From Polyangiaceae bacterium (GTDB taxonomy: Bacteria; Myxococcota_A; Polyangia; Polyangiales; Polyangiaceae), in contig JBILLK010000008.1 of NCBI GenBank assembly GCA_044376115.1, positions 96,001-160,000 of the forward strand: a DNA stretch of 64,000 bases, given 5' to 3'. The notes beneath the pieces were generated by a model. The model worked only from the letters and a program-made list of their open reading frames with translations. It was not told where the DNA came from and searched no databases. Shown here piece by piece: positions 28,334-37,978 of the stretch. Position 1 is the first letter of the stretch, and every line of letters starts with the position of its first letter. Both the position numbers and the translations under genes were made by a program.

Positions 28334-28699
28334 ACCAGCCGAATACCTCATCAAAGGTGGCAATGGCGTTGAGGCCTCTCCAGCAACGAAGCCTCCCAAG
28401 CCTTTACCTATCAGGTCATGTTCCAGTGCCTTGGCCAGGCCCCGACGTCTCCCGTAACCGCGAGGCCTATCAATCAGGAAGCGCAGCAACTAAAGGCATT
28501 CCCAGAAACTATACCCTATCAAGCCACCGCGCCGCGCCCTGGATGGATAAGCGACTAAGCCGCTCCCAAAGCAAGGTCCACCAAATCGCGTGCCAGAAGC
28601 CACCCGCTTCAGACGGAGTTTCGGGAGCGGGGCTCGGCCACAACAGCAATAACATTGCTGTCTAAATCTCAAGGCTAGCCCCCCGCTATGTCTGCCTAA
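28252..28699 (-). other. ORF-less gene cassette 1 (448 bp)
   Basis: Starts TTAGGC at the putative attI; tandem paralogue of cassette 2. Confidence 0.8.
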
Positions 28700-28850
28700 C
28701 TCCTATTGTCCCGGTCTCTCGAATGCAACGGTGCGCAGCGAGATCGGTCTGTATAACTCGGCGCTTGGCGCCCTGAAGGCCGAGAAACCCCGCATTTCGT
28801 GGGTGGGCGCCGCTGCCTAATACGGAAGGTGGCTGTTCCGTATAACGCGG
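28694..28850 (-). other. Putative attI region
   Basis: GTTAGGC at 28700-28694 with no attC hairpin behind it; homology to cassette 2 ends exactly here; GTTATAC direct repeats at 28757-28751 and 28846-28840. Confidence 0.7.
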
Positions 28851-28935
28851 CGGGGGGCAGCGCCGAGGGGTCGATTTGCGACTCATTCTGCGCCACCACG
28901 TGCCGCGCGTCCCTGGCCCATCGCGCCTCGCGGTC

Positions 28936-30033
28936 TCAGCGGTCTTCGGGCTCGTTGCCGGGGAGGTATCGGTTTGGGAGCTGACTGCCGTGGGTGACGT
29001 GCGGAGGCGGGGTGCGCCCGGCCGGGCGGGCTGGCGGGAAGGGCGCGCCCAAGCGCGGCGGGGTGGGGACGGCGTGGAGGTCGTCTAGGGGGCTGCGTAC
29101 GCCAAGGCCGCCGCGGTTGAGGACGTGGGTGTAGATCATGGTGGTAGCGACGTCGCGATGGCCGAGTAGCTCTTGGATGGTGCGAATGTCGTAGCCGGCT
29201 TCCAAGAGGTGGGTGGCAAAGCTGTGCCTTAGCGAATGAGGGCTCACGTTCTTGGAGAGCCGCGCTTTGATCGCGGCGATGCGGACCGCGCGCTGCAGTA
29301 CCGTTTCGTGGAGGTGGTGACGGCGCAGTTGGCCCGACTCGGGATCCTGGTAATGGCGAGTCGCCGCAAACAGCCATTGCCAGGGCCACTCGCGACCGGC
29401 GTTCTTGTACTTGCGATGCAGCGCGTCCGGGACGGCGACCCAACCTGCGCCTTCACGCAGATCGGCTTCGTGCGTTGCGCGCGTGCTCGCGAGGTGATCG
29501 GTCAACTCGTAATGCAGCCGTTGGGGCAGCGTGGTCACCCGATCCTTTCGACCCTTGCCGTCCCGCACGCGGATCTCCCGACGCTCGAGGTCCAGGTCCT
29601 TGATGCGCAGCGTGCAACACTCCATGAGCCGCAGCCCGGAGCCGTACAGAAGCGCCGCCATCAAGCGGGTTACGCCGCTCATTTGCTCAAACAGCGAGGC
29701 TACCTCGGAGGCCGTGAGCACCACCGGCAGGCGTTCGGGAGTTGGTGCGCGGCTGACGTTGACGTGCCGTTCCAGCGGCCTTTGCAGCACGCCCTCAAAC
29801 AGACAAAGCAACGCAGCCAACGCCTGATTGTGACTCGAAGGTGCTATCCCCTCGGCGGCCAGAGACTGCAGAAAGCTCTCTACATGATTGGCGTTCAATC
29901 GGTCATAGGGTTGCTTGGTGAAGCGGAGGAAACGGAGAATCCAGCCGGCATAGGCTGTACGGGTGCGTGGGCTGTAGCGTCGCCCGCGGAGCACCTCGTG
30001 AACGCGCTCCATAAAGCTGTCCGTCGGAATCAT
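28936..30033 (-). CDS. intI: Integron integrase (tyrosine recombinase)
   Basis: [29 protein letters not shown] catalytic motifs plus integron-specific insertion ([18 protein letters not shown]). Confidence 0.96.
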   Translation of the reverse strand: MIPTDSFMERVHEVLRGRRYSPRTRTAYAGWILRFLRFTKQPYDRLNANHVESFLQSLAAEGIAPSSHNQALAALLCLFEGVLQRPLERHVNVSRAPTPERLPVVLTASEVASLFEQMSGVTRLMAALLYGSGLRLMECCTLRIKDLDLERREIRVRDGKGRKDRVTTLPQRLHYELTDHLASTRATHEADLREGAGWVAVPDALHRKYKNAGREWPWQWLFAATRHYQDPESGQLRRHHLHETVLQRAVRIAAIKARLSKNVSPHSLRHSFATHLLEAGYDIRTIQELLGHRDVATTMIYTHVLNRGGLGVRSPLDDLHAVPTPPRLGAPFPPARPAGRTPPPHVTHGSQLPNRYLPGNEPEDR

Positions 30034-30139
30034 CGGCTCGCGAATGCGAGTACCGTTCCATCCGCTTTCCTGCAGCGATTCGAGCCCAACCAGCGGCGGA
30101 CGCCAAAAATCCCGTGGCGCCCGCCAGCCCCCTACCCTT

Positions 30140-30787
30140 CTATTTGGGCAACCGCCTAAAAAGCAGAGACAGGTTGTTGGCCGGCATCTCGATCAGCCGC
30201 TCAAACTGCAATTGCTGCTCGGCTGCGGCGGCTTGTAGCTGTTCGAGAGAACGGAGGCCCCAGGCGGGGTTGCGTTGCCGCAGCGAGCGGTCAAAGGCTT
30301 CATTGCTTTCAGCGGTGGGGACGCCCTCGCGGCGGTAGGGGCCGTAGAGGTAGAGGAGGCCGTTCGGTGGGAGGACGCGAGAGGCGCCGGCGAGCAGGCC
30401 TAAGGTGGATTCCCATGGGCTTATATGCACCATGTTAATGCACAATACGGCATCGGCGGAGGCGACGGGCCAGTCGGGGCTGGCTGCGTCAATCATCAAG
30501 GGACCGAGCACGTTGCTGCGCTTTTCGGCCTCGGTCCAAGCGGCGATGGAGACCCGCGCTTCGGCATCTGGGTCACTCGGTTGGAAGCGGAGCGCTGGAA
30601 ACTCCCCTGCGAAGTAGACGATATGTTCGCCCGAGCCGCTGGCCAGCTCCAGCACCAGGCCGCTCTCTGGTAGCGCCTCTCGCAATACTTCTCGAATTGG
30701 TTCACGGTTGCGCGCGGTGGCAGGCGCGTGCTTCTTGAGAGCGGTGCCGCTCTCGCTTGCGAGCCAAGGTGTGGAGGTATTCTTCAT
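30140..30787 (-). CDS. DUF938 SAM-dependent methyltransferase
   Basis: [40 protein letters not shown] motifs. Confidence 0.9.
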   Translation of the reverse strand: MKNTSTPWLASESGTALKKHAPATARNREPIREVLREALPESGLVLELASGSGEHIVYFAGEFPALRFQPSDPDAEARVSIAAWTEAEKRSNVLGPLMIDAASPDWPVASADAVLCINMVHISPWESTLGLLAGASRVLPPNGLLYLYGPYRREGVPTAESNEAFDRSLRQRNPAWGLRSLEQLQAAAAEQQLQFERLIEMPANNLSLLFRRLPK

Positions 30788-30791
30788 AGCG

Positions 30792-32174
30792 TTAACGTAG
30801 ATTGTAGCGTTCGAGTTTGTTGAGGAAGCCCTGCCGTGAAAGGCCCAAGCGGCTAGCGGCTTGGCTCTTGTTACCGCCAGTGGCCTCGAGCGCCTGGGCG
30901 AGCTCTCGGCGTTCCAGCTCTTCAATCTTTTGTTCGAGGGTGACCGGGGGGCCCGCGGGCGTGTTGGGCCGGCGACGCAACGATGGGGAAAGGTCCTCCG
31001 CCTCAATTTGGGCGCGTCCGCCGGAGAGGATGAGCGCGCGTTGCATCTCGTGACGCAGCTCTCGCAAGTTACCCGGCCAGTCATGCGCCTCGAGCACGCG
31101 CAGTGCGCTGGGAGCGAGCTGCGCCTCACGGCTGCCGGGCACCAAGGCGCGCGCGGCGTGCAGGAAGTAATTGGCGAGTAGCTCCAAGTCGGTGAGGCGG
31201 TCGGTGAGCTTGGGCAGCTCCACCTCGATACCGCGTAAGCGCCAAAAAAGGTCCTCGCGGAAGCGGCCCTCTTTGGTCATTAGCAGGAGGTCGCGATGGG
31301 TAGCGGAGACCACCCGTACGTCCACAGCGACCGACTTGACCGAACCGACGGGCATCACCTCCCCTGCCTCGAGAACGCGCAAGAGTTTGACCTGTAGGCC
31401 CAGCTCGAGGTCACCGATCTCATCGAGGAACAGCGTGCCTCCGCTGGCCTGCACAAATAATCCCGGAGCGTCGGCCACAGCGCCGGTAAACGCGCCTCGC
31501 TTATGACCAAACAACGTTGACTCGAGCAGCGAAGGCGAGAGCGCGCCGCAGTTGACGGCCACAAAATGCTGCTTACTGCGCCGACTGGAGCGGTGAATGA
31601 AGCGCGCGAATAGCTCTTTGCCAGTGCCTGAAGCGCCGGTAAGAAGCATCGGCACGTCGGCCAGGGCGGCGCGCCCAGCGAGTTCCTTGGCTGCTATGAA
31701 GGCCGGAGAATGCCCGAGTAGGCCATCCATGGGCGCGGCCAACGTGGCCGTCTCTAACTCATTGACGCGGTCCTCCAGCGTGAGCCGGGCCTGCGCCCGC
31801 GCAAGCACCGCCGCCAGCACGTCGGGATCCACCGGCTTGGTCAAGAAGTCATAGGCGCCACGTTTAACCAGTGAAAGCGCCAATTGCGTCTCACTGCTGC
31901 CGGAGACCACCACCACTTGGGTACCCGGCTGTTGCGCGAGGAAGGCCTCGAGCAGGGCCGCACCCTCTTTGGCTTGGCCCGAGGGCGGCAACATCAGATC
32001 CAGCACCACCAGGCGCGGCTTGTGCTGCGCAAATAGCTCGAGCGCGCGCGCCGGCGTGCCCGCGTCCAATACAGTAAAACCATCGGCCTCGAGCAGCTCG
32101 CGATAGACCGAGCGAAAGCCCGGATCGTCGTCGACGATCAGCAGCGACTCAGAGGCGGATTGCTGGCCTTTCAC
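30792..32174 (-). CDS. sigma54-dependent response regulator (REC-AAA+-Fis HTH)
   Basis: [34 protein letters not shown] motifs. Confidence 0.95.
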   Translation of the reverse strand: MKGQQSASESLLIVDDDPGFRSVYRELLEADGFTVLDAGTPARALELFAQHKPRLVVLDLMLPPSGQAKEGAALLEAFLAQQPGTQVVVVSGSSETQLALSLVKRGAYDFLTKPVDPDVLAAVLARAQARLTLEDRVNELETATLAAPMDGLLGHSPAFIAAKELAGRAALADVPMLLTGASGTGKELFARFIHRSSRRSKQHFVAVNCGALSPSLLESTLFGHKRGAFTGAVADAPGLFVQASGGTLFLDEIGDLELGLQVKLLRVLEAGEVMPVGSVKSVAVDVRVVSATHRDLLLMTKEGRFREDLFWRLRGIEVELPKLTDRLTDLELLANYFLHAARALVPGSREAQLAPSALRVLEAHDWPGNLRELRHEMQRALILSGGRAQIEAEDLSPSLRRRPNTPAGPPVTLEQKIEELERRELAQALEATGGNKSQAASRLGLSRQGFLNKLERYNLR

Positions 32175-33772
32175 GGACGCGCAGGGTACGCCGGCTGATG
32201 CGGAAGCAACACGACAAACCGCGCGCCGCCCGCCGTTGGTCGCTGATGGCTGAGAGAGCCGCCGTGACGTTCGACCCAGCCGGCGGCGATGGCCAGGCCG
32301 AGCCCGGTTCCAAGATGCACTTGGTCGCGACCACGCCCGGTCACGAAGGGCTGGAACAGCCTGGGCTCGATCTCACTAGGGACGCCGCGACCGTTGTCCT
32401 CCACGGCAATGCAAAGGCCCTCCCGCAGTCGCTCAGCGTTGATTGTTAGTTTGGCGTCGGGACGCTCGGTCAGTTCAATCAGCGCATTATCGATTAGGAC
32501 GAACAAGGCGTCCTCCAAGGCCTGCTCATCCGCCTGGACCTCGAGCGCGCTCGGCACGCGGAGTTCGAGCTCGAACGGGGTGCGCGGCTTGGCCTGCCGG
32601 GCGCGCTCGAGAGCCCGCTCTATCAACGGTAAAACGTTGACCTCTCGCAGCTCGAGCGGCCTTGGTTTGGCGAAGCGCAGGAGCTCCTCGAGGAAGCTGC
32701 GCGCGCGCTCCACCTCCCGCCGCAAAGCCGCCACCGTCTCCGGTTTAGCGCCTTGGCGTTCGAGCAGCTTGGCTTGCGCCATGATGATGCCGAGCGGATT
32801 GCGCACTTCGTGAGCCACCGCCCCTACGAAGGTACCGAGCTCGGCCAGCCGCTGCGATTGTTCGGCTTTCACCTCGCTCGCTTGCGCAACCTCGCGCAGA
32901 TCCCGCACCGCCAGCGGCGTACGGAACAAGCGCCGGCCGAGCCCCTCCACCAGGAGCTGCCGCAGCGGATCGAGCGGGAGGGTGCTGAGGAAGGTGATGA
33001 GCATCGCCCAGGCCCACCAAGGCAACGGTGATTCAACGGTAGGAACGAGCCGCGGCAACACGAAGGCATAGGCGGTTAGCCCTACGCTGGAGATTAACGC
33101 GGTGAGGGTCGCGTAGCCGAGGCCGGCGCCAAAAAGGCTGCGCAAGCGCGGGTCTTCATCGCGCAACGTGGCATAGCTCGCGAGCACGGTGGAGCCGAGC
33201 ATCAGCGGCGCGGCGATGTACGATTCGGCGAGCTGAAAGACCATCAGCGCCAAGGTGGCGCCGCCGCCGAGCGACCCCAACAAACAGGCAGCGAGCAGCG
33301 CCACGAGCCGCTTGCGGTTGGCCCCCGCTGCAGCCAGCGCCGAACGCAGCAGCAGGCCCAAGACCAAGCCGGTTGCTACCACCGCAGCTGCGGATAATGG
33401 GATAAACCACGGGCCGGGCGAGCTAACGTGCGGGCCGTACAAGAGCGGTGGAGAGACGGCTCCCACCGCGGCGATCAGCGCAGTAATGAGGTAACTCGGT
33501 ACAACGTATTTACGTGTTGCTCCCTCGGTTAGATCGGAGAGCGCATGCACAAACGCGCCAGCCTCTAGCATGCCGAGGGGCAATAGATGCAGCGCGATGG
33601 AGTCGGTCGCCGGCGTGGTCAGCAGCATCAGACCGCTGATCCAGCCCGCCTGGGTGAAGCACACCATCGGCAGGCCGAGACCGCGCCGCGAACCGAGCCG
33701 CAGCGCCGTCAAGCCGACCATGAGCGCCACCGCCCACACCGGAAAGAACGCGAGGGCGGCCAAGAGACTCAA
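32171..33772 (-). CDS. Multi-TM sensor histidine kinase
   Basis: AHEVRNPL H-box, DNG.G and GTGLGL boxes, hydrophobic N-terminal half. Confidence 0.92.
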   Translation of the reverse strand: MSLLAALAFFPVWAVALMVGLTALRLGSRRGLGLPMVCFTQAGWISGLMLLTTPATDSIALHLLPLGMLEAGAFVHALSDLTEGATRKYVVPSYLITALIAAVGAVSPPLLYGPHVSSPGPWFIPLSAAAVVATGLVLGLLLRSALAAAGANRKRLVALLAACLLGSLGGGATLALMVFQLAESYIAAPLMLGSTVLASYATLRDEDPRLRSLFGAGLGYATLTALISSVGLTAYAFVLPRLVPTVESPLPWWAWAMLITFLSTLPLDPLRQLLVEGLGRRLFRTPLAVRDLREVAQASEVKAEQSQRLAELGTFVGAVAHEVRNPLGIIMAQAKLLERQGAKPETVAALRREVERARSFLEELLRFAKPRPLELREVNVLPLIERALERARQAKPRTPFELELRVPSALEVQADEQALEDALFVLIDNALIELTERPDAKLTINAERLREGLCIAVEDNGRGVPSEIEPRLFQPFVTGRGRDQVHLGTGLGLAIAAGWVERHGGSLSHQRPTAGGARFVVLLPHQPAYPARP

Positions 33773-34800
33773 GCGACGGCAAGCCTCTCGAGCCGCGCGG
33801 GTTTGCGCCCGTGCGCGCCGCCAACCTCGACCCGCTGCTCAAAGTAACGAGCGGCCAAGCGCTTGAAGCTCCGCTCGGTCTCGGCCTGGAACCAGCGCCG
33901 AAAGATCAAAGCGTCCACCACGCGACCGAGCAGCCCCCAGCGAACGTCATAGGTATACGAGGTGCGAAACCACACCACGCCGGGAGCCACCTCACCATAG
34001 AGCCACAAGCCGACTCCGCGCCGAATCAGCGATAGGCGGTCCTCCGACCAGAACTCAAAGGTGGATTGGCGCATCGGCTTGTGCAGCTTGTAGCGTCCAA
34101 AGCCGCGGATCAGAAGCCCCATCAGCCGTTTCTCGTACACCATCTCGGTGCCGGTGCCGATGCGCTCGCTCAACATCTCAATGCGCGAGAAGCGATGATC
34201 CCAGGAAGGGTGCTTGACGTGATCTTGCGTGGTGTCCCAAACCTCTTGCAGGCTGGCGTCGAGCACCACGCCAACGTGCACCGGCCGAGGTTTGTTGGAG
34301 GTCGCGAGCACGGCCCACTCCAGCAGGGCGAGCCCGAGCGAGCCCACGGCCATCAGCGCGAGCACCGCGCGCAACGCGAGAGGCACCTCGTCACGCAGCG
34401 CGATCCCGGTGGGCAGCTGCCACCAGCCGAGCGAGCCGCGCACCACCTCATTGAGGTAGGCGCCCACCAGCACGCTGAGCACGATGTGCATTACGTACTC
34501 CCCGCGCGGTAACCCACCTTGGCTGCGGCGTGACTCCGGCTCGATGGCGACGTCGTAGAGCGCGATGCCAACGTCAGCGATGAACAGCACAACAAACGGC
34601 AATAGCCAGTAGCCGTGCAGCTCGAGGTTGGGGATAACGAGCAATTGGGCCGCATAGACAAAGCCGCGCGCCACGTGAATCCCAACCTCCAAGCGGCTCT
34701 CTTCGCGCTGGGAGAGTTTGGCTACGTGCCGATGAAAGTAGAAGCAGTCGAAGGCGCCAAACAGCGCAATCACGAGCAAGAGCAGCGAAGCGGTGAGCAT
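33769..34800 (-). CDS. Membrane domain fused to SRPBCC/START-like domain
   Basis: Hydrophobic N-terminus with His residues; VWD.TQD...H..WD.RFS.I motif. Confidence 0.7.
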   Translation of the reverse strand: MLTASLLLLVIALFGAFDCFYFHRHVAKLSQREESRLEVGIHVARGFVYAAQLLVIPNLELHGYWLLPFVVLFIADVGIALYDVAIEPESRRSQGGLPRGEYVMHIVLSVLVGAYLNEVVRGSLGWWQLPTGIALRDEVPLALRAVLALMAVGSLGLALLEWAVLATSNKPRPVHVGVVLDASLQEVWDTTQDHVKHPSWDHRFSRIEMLSERIGTGTEMVYEKRLMGLLIRGFGRYKLHKPMRQSTFEFWSEDRLSLIRRGVGLWLYGEVAPGVVWFRTSYTYDVRWGLLGRVVDALIFRRWFQAETERSFKRLAARYFEQRVEVGGAHGRKPARLERLAVA

Positions 34801-34812
34801 GAGCTGGCCCTC

Positions 34813-34828
34813 AGCATGCTCCGTGCCT
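34813..34828 (-). promoter_or_regulatory. Putative sigma54 -24/-12 promoter
   Basis: AGGCACGGAGCATGCT (GG-N10-GC) just upstream of ATG 34800. Confidence 0.55.
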
Positions 34829-35002
34829 GGCGGAATACGCCCTCGCCGAGCGGCTACGGCGTGCGGTAGCGGCGTGCGCTCGTGAGCTGCGCGGCCCGTA
34901 ACGCGCAGCTCGCTGTAAAGCGGCTGGAGGCCAGCTGTCCACGCCGTGGACAGCTACACGCCGAAAGCTGGTTTTGGCCGCGCAAAGGCCGCTTTCACGG
35001 CT

Positions 35003-35018
35003 CGGCACGCGCTTCGCA
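35003..35018 (+). promoter_or_regulatory. Putative sigma54 -24/-12 promoter
   Basis: CGGCACGCGCTTCGCA (GG-N10-GC) upstream of ATG 35031. Confidence 0.45.
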
Positions 35019-35030
35019 TTGCGGGGCGCC

Positions 35031-35741
35031 ATGCGTATTCGTTCGCTTGTGCGTCACCTGTTCCGGCTTGTGGCTAGTGCGTTGGGGGTGATGCTATGTG
35101 CGGCGCACGGTGAAGGGCTGTGGCAGCTGGCGGCGGTGGGTTTTGCAGGGCTTGGCTTTATGGCCGCCTTCGCGCTTACGCATGATCTGGCGCACGCGGC
35201 GTTGCGACTACCGAAGGGCTTGAACGAGGCGCTGCTCGCGCTGAGTGGGGCGCTTTACTTTACGAGCGGGCACGCGATGCGTCGTTCCCACGCGAAACAC
35301 CACCGCAGTCCGCTCAGCGTCGACGACGCCGAGGGCTATCCGGCGCGCGCCTCGCTGCTGCGGGCGGTGCTGTGTGCGCCGCTTGATTTCGTCGCGGTTC
35401 GAATAGGCGGTTATCGGCTGGCGCCGGCGCGTGAACGGCGTTGGATCGCGCTCGAGTGCGCTTTTAACGCATTGAGCTTGGTTGCGTTGTGGCGCTTTGG
35501 TGGAGCGGCCGGTGAGCTTTATGCGGCGGTCGGGCTGGGGCTGCAATTGAGCATGGGCGTGTGGGCGTCGTTCATTCCCCATCGTGCGCCGGAGTGGGTG
35601 CTCGAGCTTGCGCGTCGGCTCTCCTTCCTCAAGTCCCCGGTGGTGCTCTCCCTCGCCTATCACGAGCTGCATCACCAACAGCCGCGCGTACCGTGTGATG
35701 AATTGCATTATGCTGCCGGCCTTCAGAAGGAAGCCGCGTGA
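35031..35741 (+). CDS. Fatty acid desaturase-family membrane di-iron enzyme
   Basis: His boxes HDLAH, HAKHH, HELHH. Confidence 0.85.
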   Translation: MRIRSLVRHLFRLVASALGVMLCAAHGEGLWQLAAVGFAGLGFMAAFALTHDLAHAALRLPKGLNEALLALSGALYFTSGHAMRRSHAKHHRSPLSVDDAEGYPARASLLRAVLCAPLDFVAVRIGGYRLAPARERRWIALECAFNALSLVALWRFGGAAGELYAAVGLGLQLSMGVWASFIPHRAPEWVLELARRLSFLKSPVVLSLAYHELHHQQPRVPCDELHYAAGLQKEAA

Positions 35742-36268
35742 CCATCATCAAGCTTGAAGACTGCCAACCCGATATCGAGCGAGCCGTATTCATCGCCGAC
35801 GACGCCGTGTTGATCGGAGACATCGTGCTCGAGGAGGACGTCAGCATTTGGTTCAAGTGCGTATTGCGTGCGGACATCGGCCGCATTCGCATCGGCAAAC
35901 GCACCAACGTGCAAGACATGGCCTGCTTGCACATGACCGACAACCTCTCGCACACCACCATCGGGGAGGACGTCACCATCGGACACGCGGCGATCGTGCA
36001 CGGCGCCACCATCGAGAGCGGCGCTTTGATCGGCATGGGCTCCATCCTGCTAGACAACTGCGTGATCGGGGAAGAGAGCGTGATCGCTGCGGGCAGCCTG
36101 GTGCCGCCGCGCATGGTGATCCCCAAGCGCTCGCTGGTACGTGGCTCGCCCGCCAAGGTGATTCGCGAGGCCACCGAGGAAGAGCGCGCGATGGGCCGAG
36201 CCGGCGCGCTGCACTATGTTGAAAACGGCAAGCGTTACCGCAAACTGCTGAGCAAAGGTGCACCGTGA
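35738..36268 (+). CDS. Gamma carbonic anhydrase family (YrdA-like) protein
   Basis: Hexapeptide repeats, VLRAD, TNVQD, TIGH.A.VHG. Confidence 0.92.
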   Translation: MTIIKLEDCQPDIERAVFIADDAVLIGDIVLEEDVSIWFKCVLRADIGRIRIGKRTNVQDMACLHMTDNLSHTTIGEDVTIGHAAIVHGATIESGALIGMGSILLDNCVIGEESVIAAGSLVPPRMVIPKRSLVRGSPAKVIREATEEERAMGRAGALHYVENGKRYRKLLSKGAP

Positions 36269-36456
36269 AGCTGAAGGTCAATGGGGAAGAGCGTGAGCTG
36301 GCGGAGGGTTCAACCGTCGTCGATCTGCTTGGGCAGATGACCGGCCCGGTCGCGGTCGAGCGCAACGGTGAGGTGGTTCCGCGCAAAGAGCACGCAACTA
36401 CGCGGCTCGCAGAAGGCGATGAGCTCGAGATCGTGCATTTCGTCGGCGGCGGCTGA
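36265..36456 (+). CDS. thiS: Sulfur carrier protein ThiS
   Basis: [16 protein letters not shown]-terminal IVHFVGGG. Confidence 0.93.
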   Translation: MKLKVNGEERELAEGSTVVDLLGQMTGPVAVERNGEVVPRKEHATTRLAEGDELEIVHFVGGG

Positions 36457-36537
36457 CCTTTCGCTGGTCGCATGTTCCCCGGCGATTGCGGGAAATTCTT
36501 GCTTCCTCCCAAGCGTAGGTAGGATCCGGATAGCACC

Positions 36538-37953
36538 GTGACGCCCCTTCGCTGGACAGCCCTTGGAATTGTCGGACTCGCCGTGGGCGTTTCCGGCGGC
36601 GTTGGCCTTCATTACACCTTGCCGGAGTCGCCGTACGTCCACGGCCTCTTCGTGGGCGAGCGGCCGTTACCCAAGGGGAGCGAGGTCGGTGAATGGCTGG
36701 AAACACGCCGAGAAGAGGTACGTAGCCGGCCCATCATCCTGCGCGCCGCGGACCTCACCTTCGAGTCCACCTTCGGGGAGCTGGGCATCGACATCGACGT
36801 GGCGGCGACCTTGAGCAACGCCGCCCAGGTCGGCCACCGCGGTAGCTTGAAAGAGCGCGTCCTCGAGGCGCAGAGGGCACGGCGCGGGGAGATCGACGTA
36901 CCGCTCGTCTACCGCTTCGATGAAAACCGCGCTCAGCCGATGCTCGAGAAGATCGAAGCGGCGGTGTTGATCGAGCCGGTGGACGCGCGCTTGGACATCG
37001 CTGCGCGCAAGAAGATCGCCGACATCCCCGGCCGCAAGCTGATGATGGACCTTTCGATTCAGGCCATCGCCGAGGTCGATAAAGACGGCGTCAACGGCGC
37101 TGTGGTCGACCTGCCCACCAGCCCCAAACGGGCGAAAATCACCGAGGCGGACTTGGTCGACGTGGACGTGAGCAAGGTGCTCTCGGCGCGTGAGACCACC
37201 TATTCCACGTGGGGCGTAGGCGTCGGTCGCACGGTCAACATCAAGCAAGCCGCCGCCTACATTGATGGCGTGATCATTCCGCCCGGCCAGACCATCAGCT
37301 TCAATGAGCTCGTCGGCCGCCGCACGCTCGAGCGTGGCTTCACCTGGGCCCCGGAGATTCAAGGGGACGAGCTGACCACCGGCGTTGGCGGTGGCACCTG
37401 CCAGGTCTCCAGCACGTTGTTCCAAGCCGCGCTGTTCGGCGCGATGGAGATCATCGAGCGCAAGAGCCACTCACGGCCTTCGGCCTACGCCAAGCTCGGG
37501 CTCGACGCGACGGTGAGCTACCCAACCGTCGATCTCAAAATCAAAAATCCCTTCTCCTTCCCGGTGATGATTCACGCCTTTCATCCCAAGCCGGGCACCT
37601 TGCATGTAGAGATCCTCGGTGGAGAGCCTTCGGCCGACGTGACTTACCAATATGGAGTTGGCGGTACCGAGGACTTCGTTCGGCGCATCGTGGTCAAGCA
37701 GCACCTCAAGCCCGGCACGCGCATTCGGCATCAAAAGGGCTCACCCGGATATGACGTTAGCTCGCTCGTAACCATCAAATGGAAGAACGGCGCAGTGGAA
37801 GAGCGGCGCTTCTTTAGCGGTTATCGGCCGGCCCCGGAGATCTTCTGGGTATCACCCGAATACAACGTAGCCGAGCTGCCTCCCCTGCCCCCGCGGGCCA
37901 AAGGCGTAGAAGGTCAGCTGGCGAGTATTTACGATAGCAGCCCAACGTACTGA
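36538..37953 (+). CDS. VanW-family protein with peptidoglycan-binding region
   Basis: SFNELVG.R, GVGGGTCQVSSTLF, HSRP..Y...GLDATV motifs. Confidence 0.9.
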   Translation: MTPLRWTALGIVGLAVGVSGGVGLHYTLPESPYVHGLFVGERPLPKGSEVGEWLETRREEVRSRPIILRAADLTFESTFGELGIDIDVAATLSNAAQVGHRGSLKERVLEAQRARRGEIDVPLVYRFDENRAQPMLEKIEAAVLIEPVDARLDIAARKKIADIPGRKLMMDLSIQAIAEVDKDGVNGAVVDLPTSPKRAKITEADLVDVDVSKVLSARETTYSTWGVGVGRTVNIKQAAAYIDGVIIPPGQTISFNELVGRRTLERGFTWAPEIQGDELTTGVGGGTCQVSSTLFQAALFGAMEIIERKSHSRPSAYAKLGLDATVSYPTVDLKIKNPFSFPVMIHAFHPKPGTLHVEILGGEPSADVTYQYGVGGTEDFVRRIVVKQHLKPGTRIRHQKGSPGYDVSSLVTIKWKNGAVEERRFFSGYRPAPEIFWVSPEYNVAELPPLPPRAKGVEGQLASIYDSSPTY

Positions 37954-37978
37954 CGTATTGAGCTGCGTCGCTTCCGCC

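Noticed and set aside
27728..28672. ORFs 27728-28111(+), 28357-28665(+) and 28490-28672(-) as protein genes in cassettes 1-2
   Set aside because: A 1-nt indel near 28490 and further indels shift frames between paralogues, starts are not conserved and one ORF runs through an attC. A short stretch (AFPE.IP.Q..AP..GWISD) shows third-position changes, so a decayed small gene is not fully excluded.
30084..30139. Possible attC/attI upstream of intI (GCCCAAC...TTTGGGC)
   Set aside because: Lacks the GTT core and the L-box arms; the internal GGCGGACGCCA/TGGCGCCCGCC hairpin fits a terminator after the methyltransferase gene better
30034..30139. LexA box upstream of intI
   Set aside because: No recognisable SOS-box consensus seen
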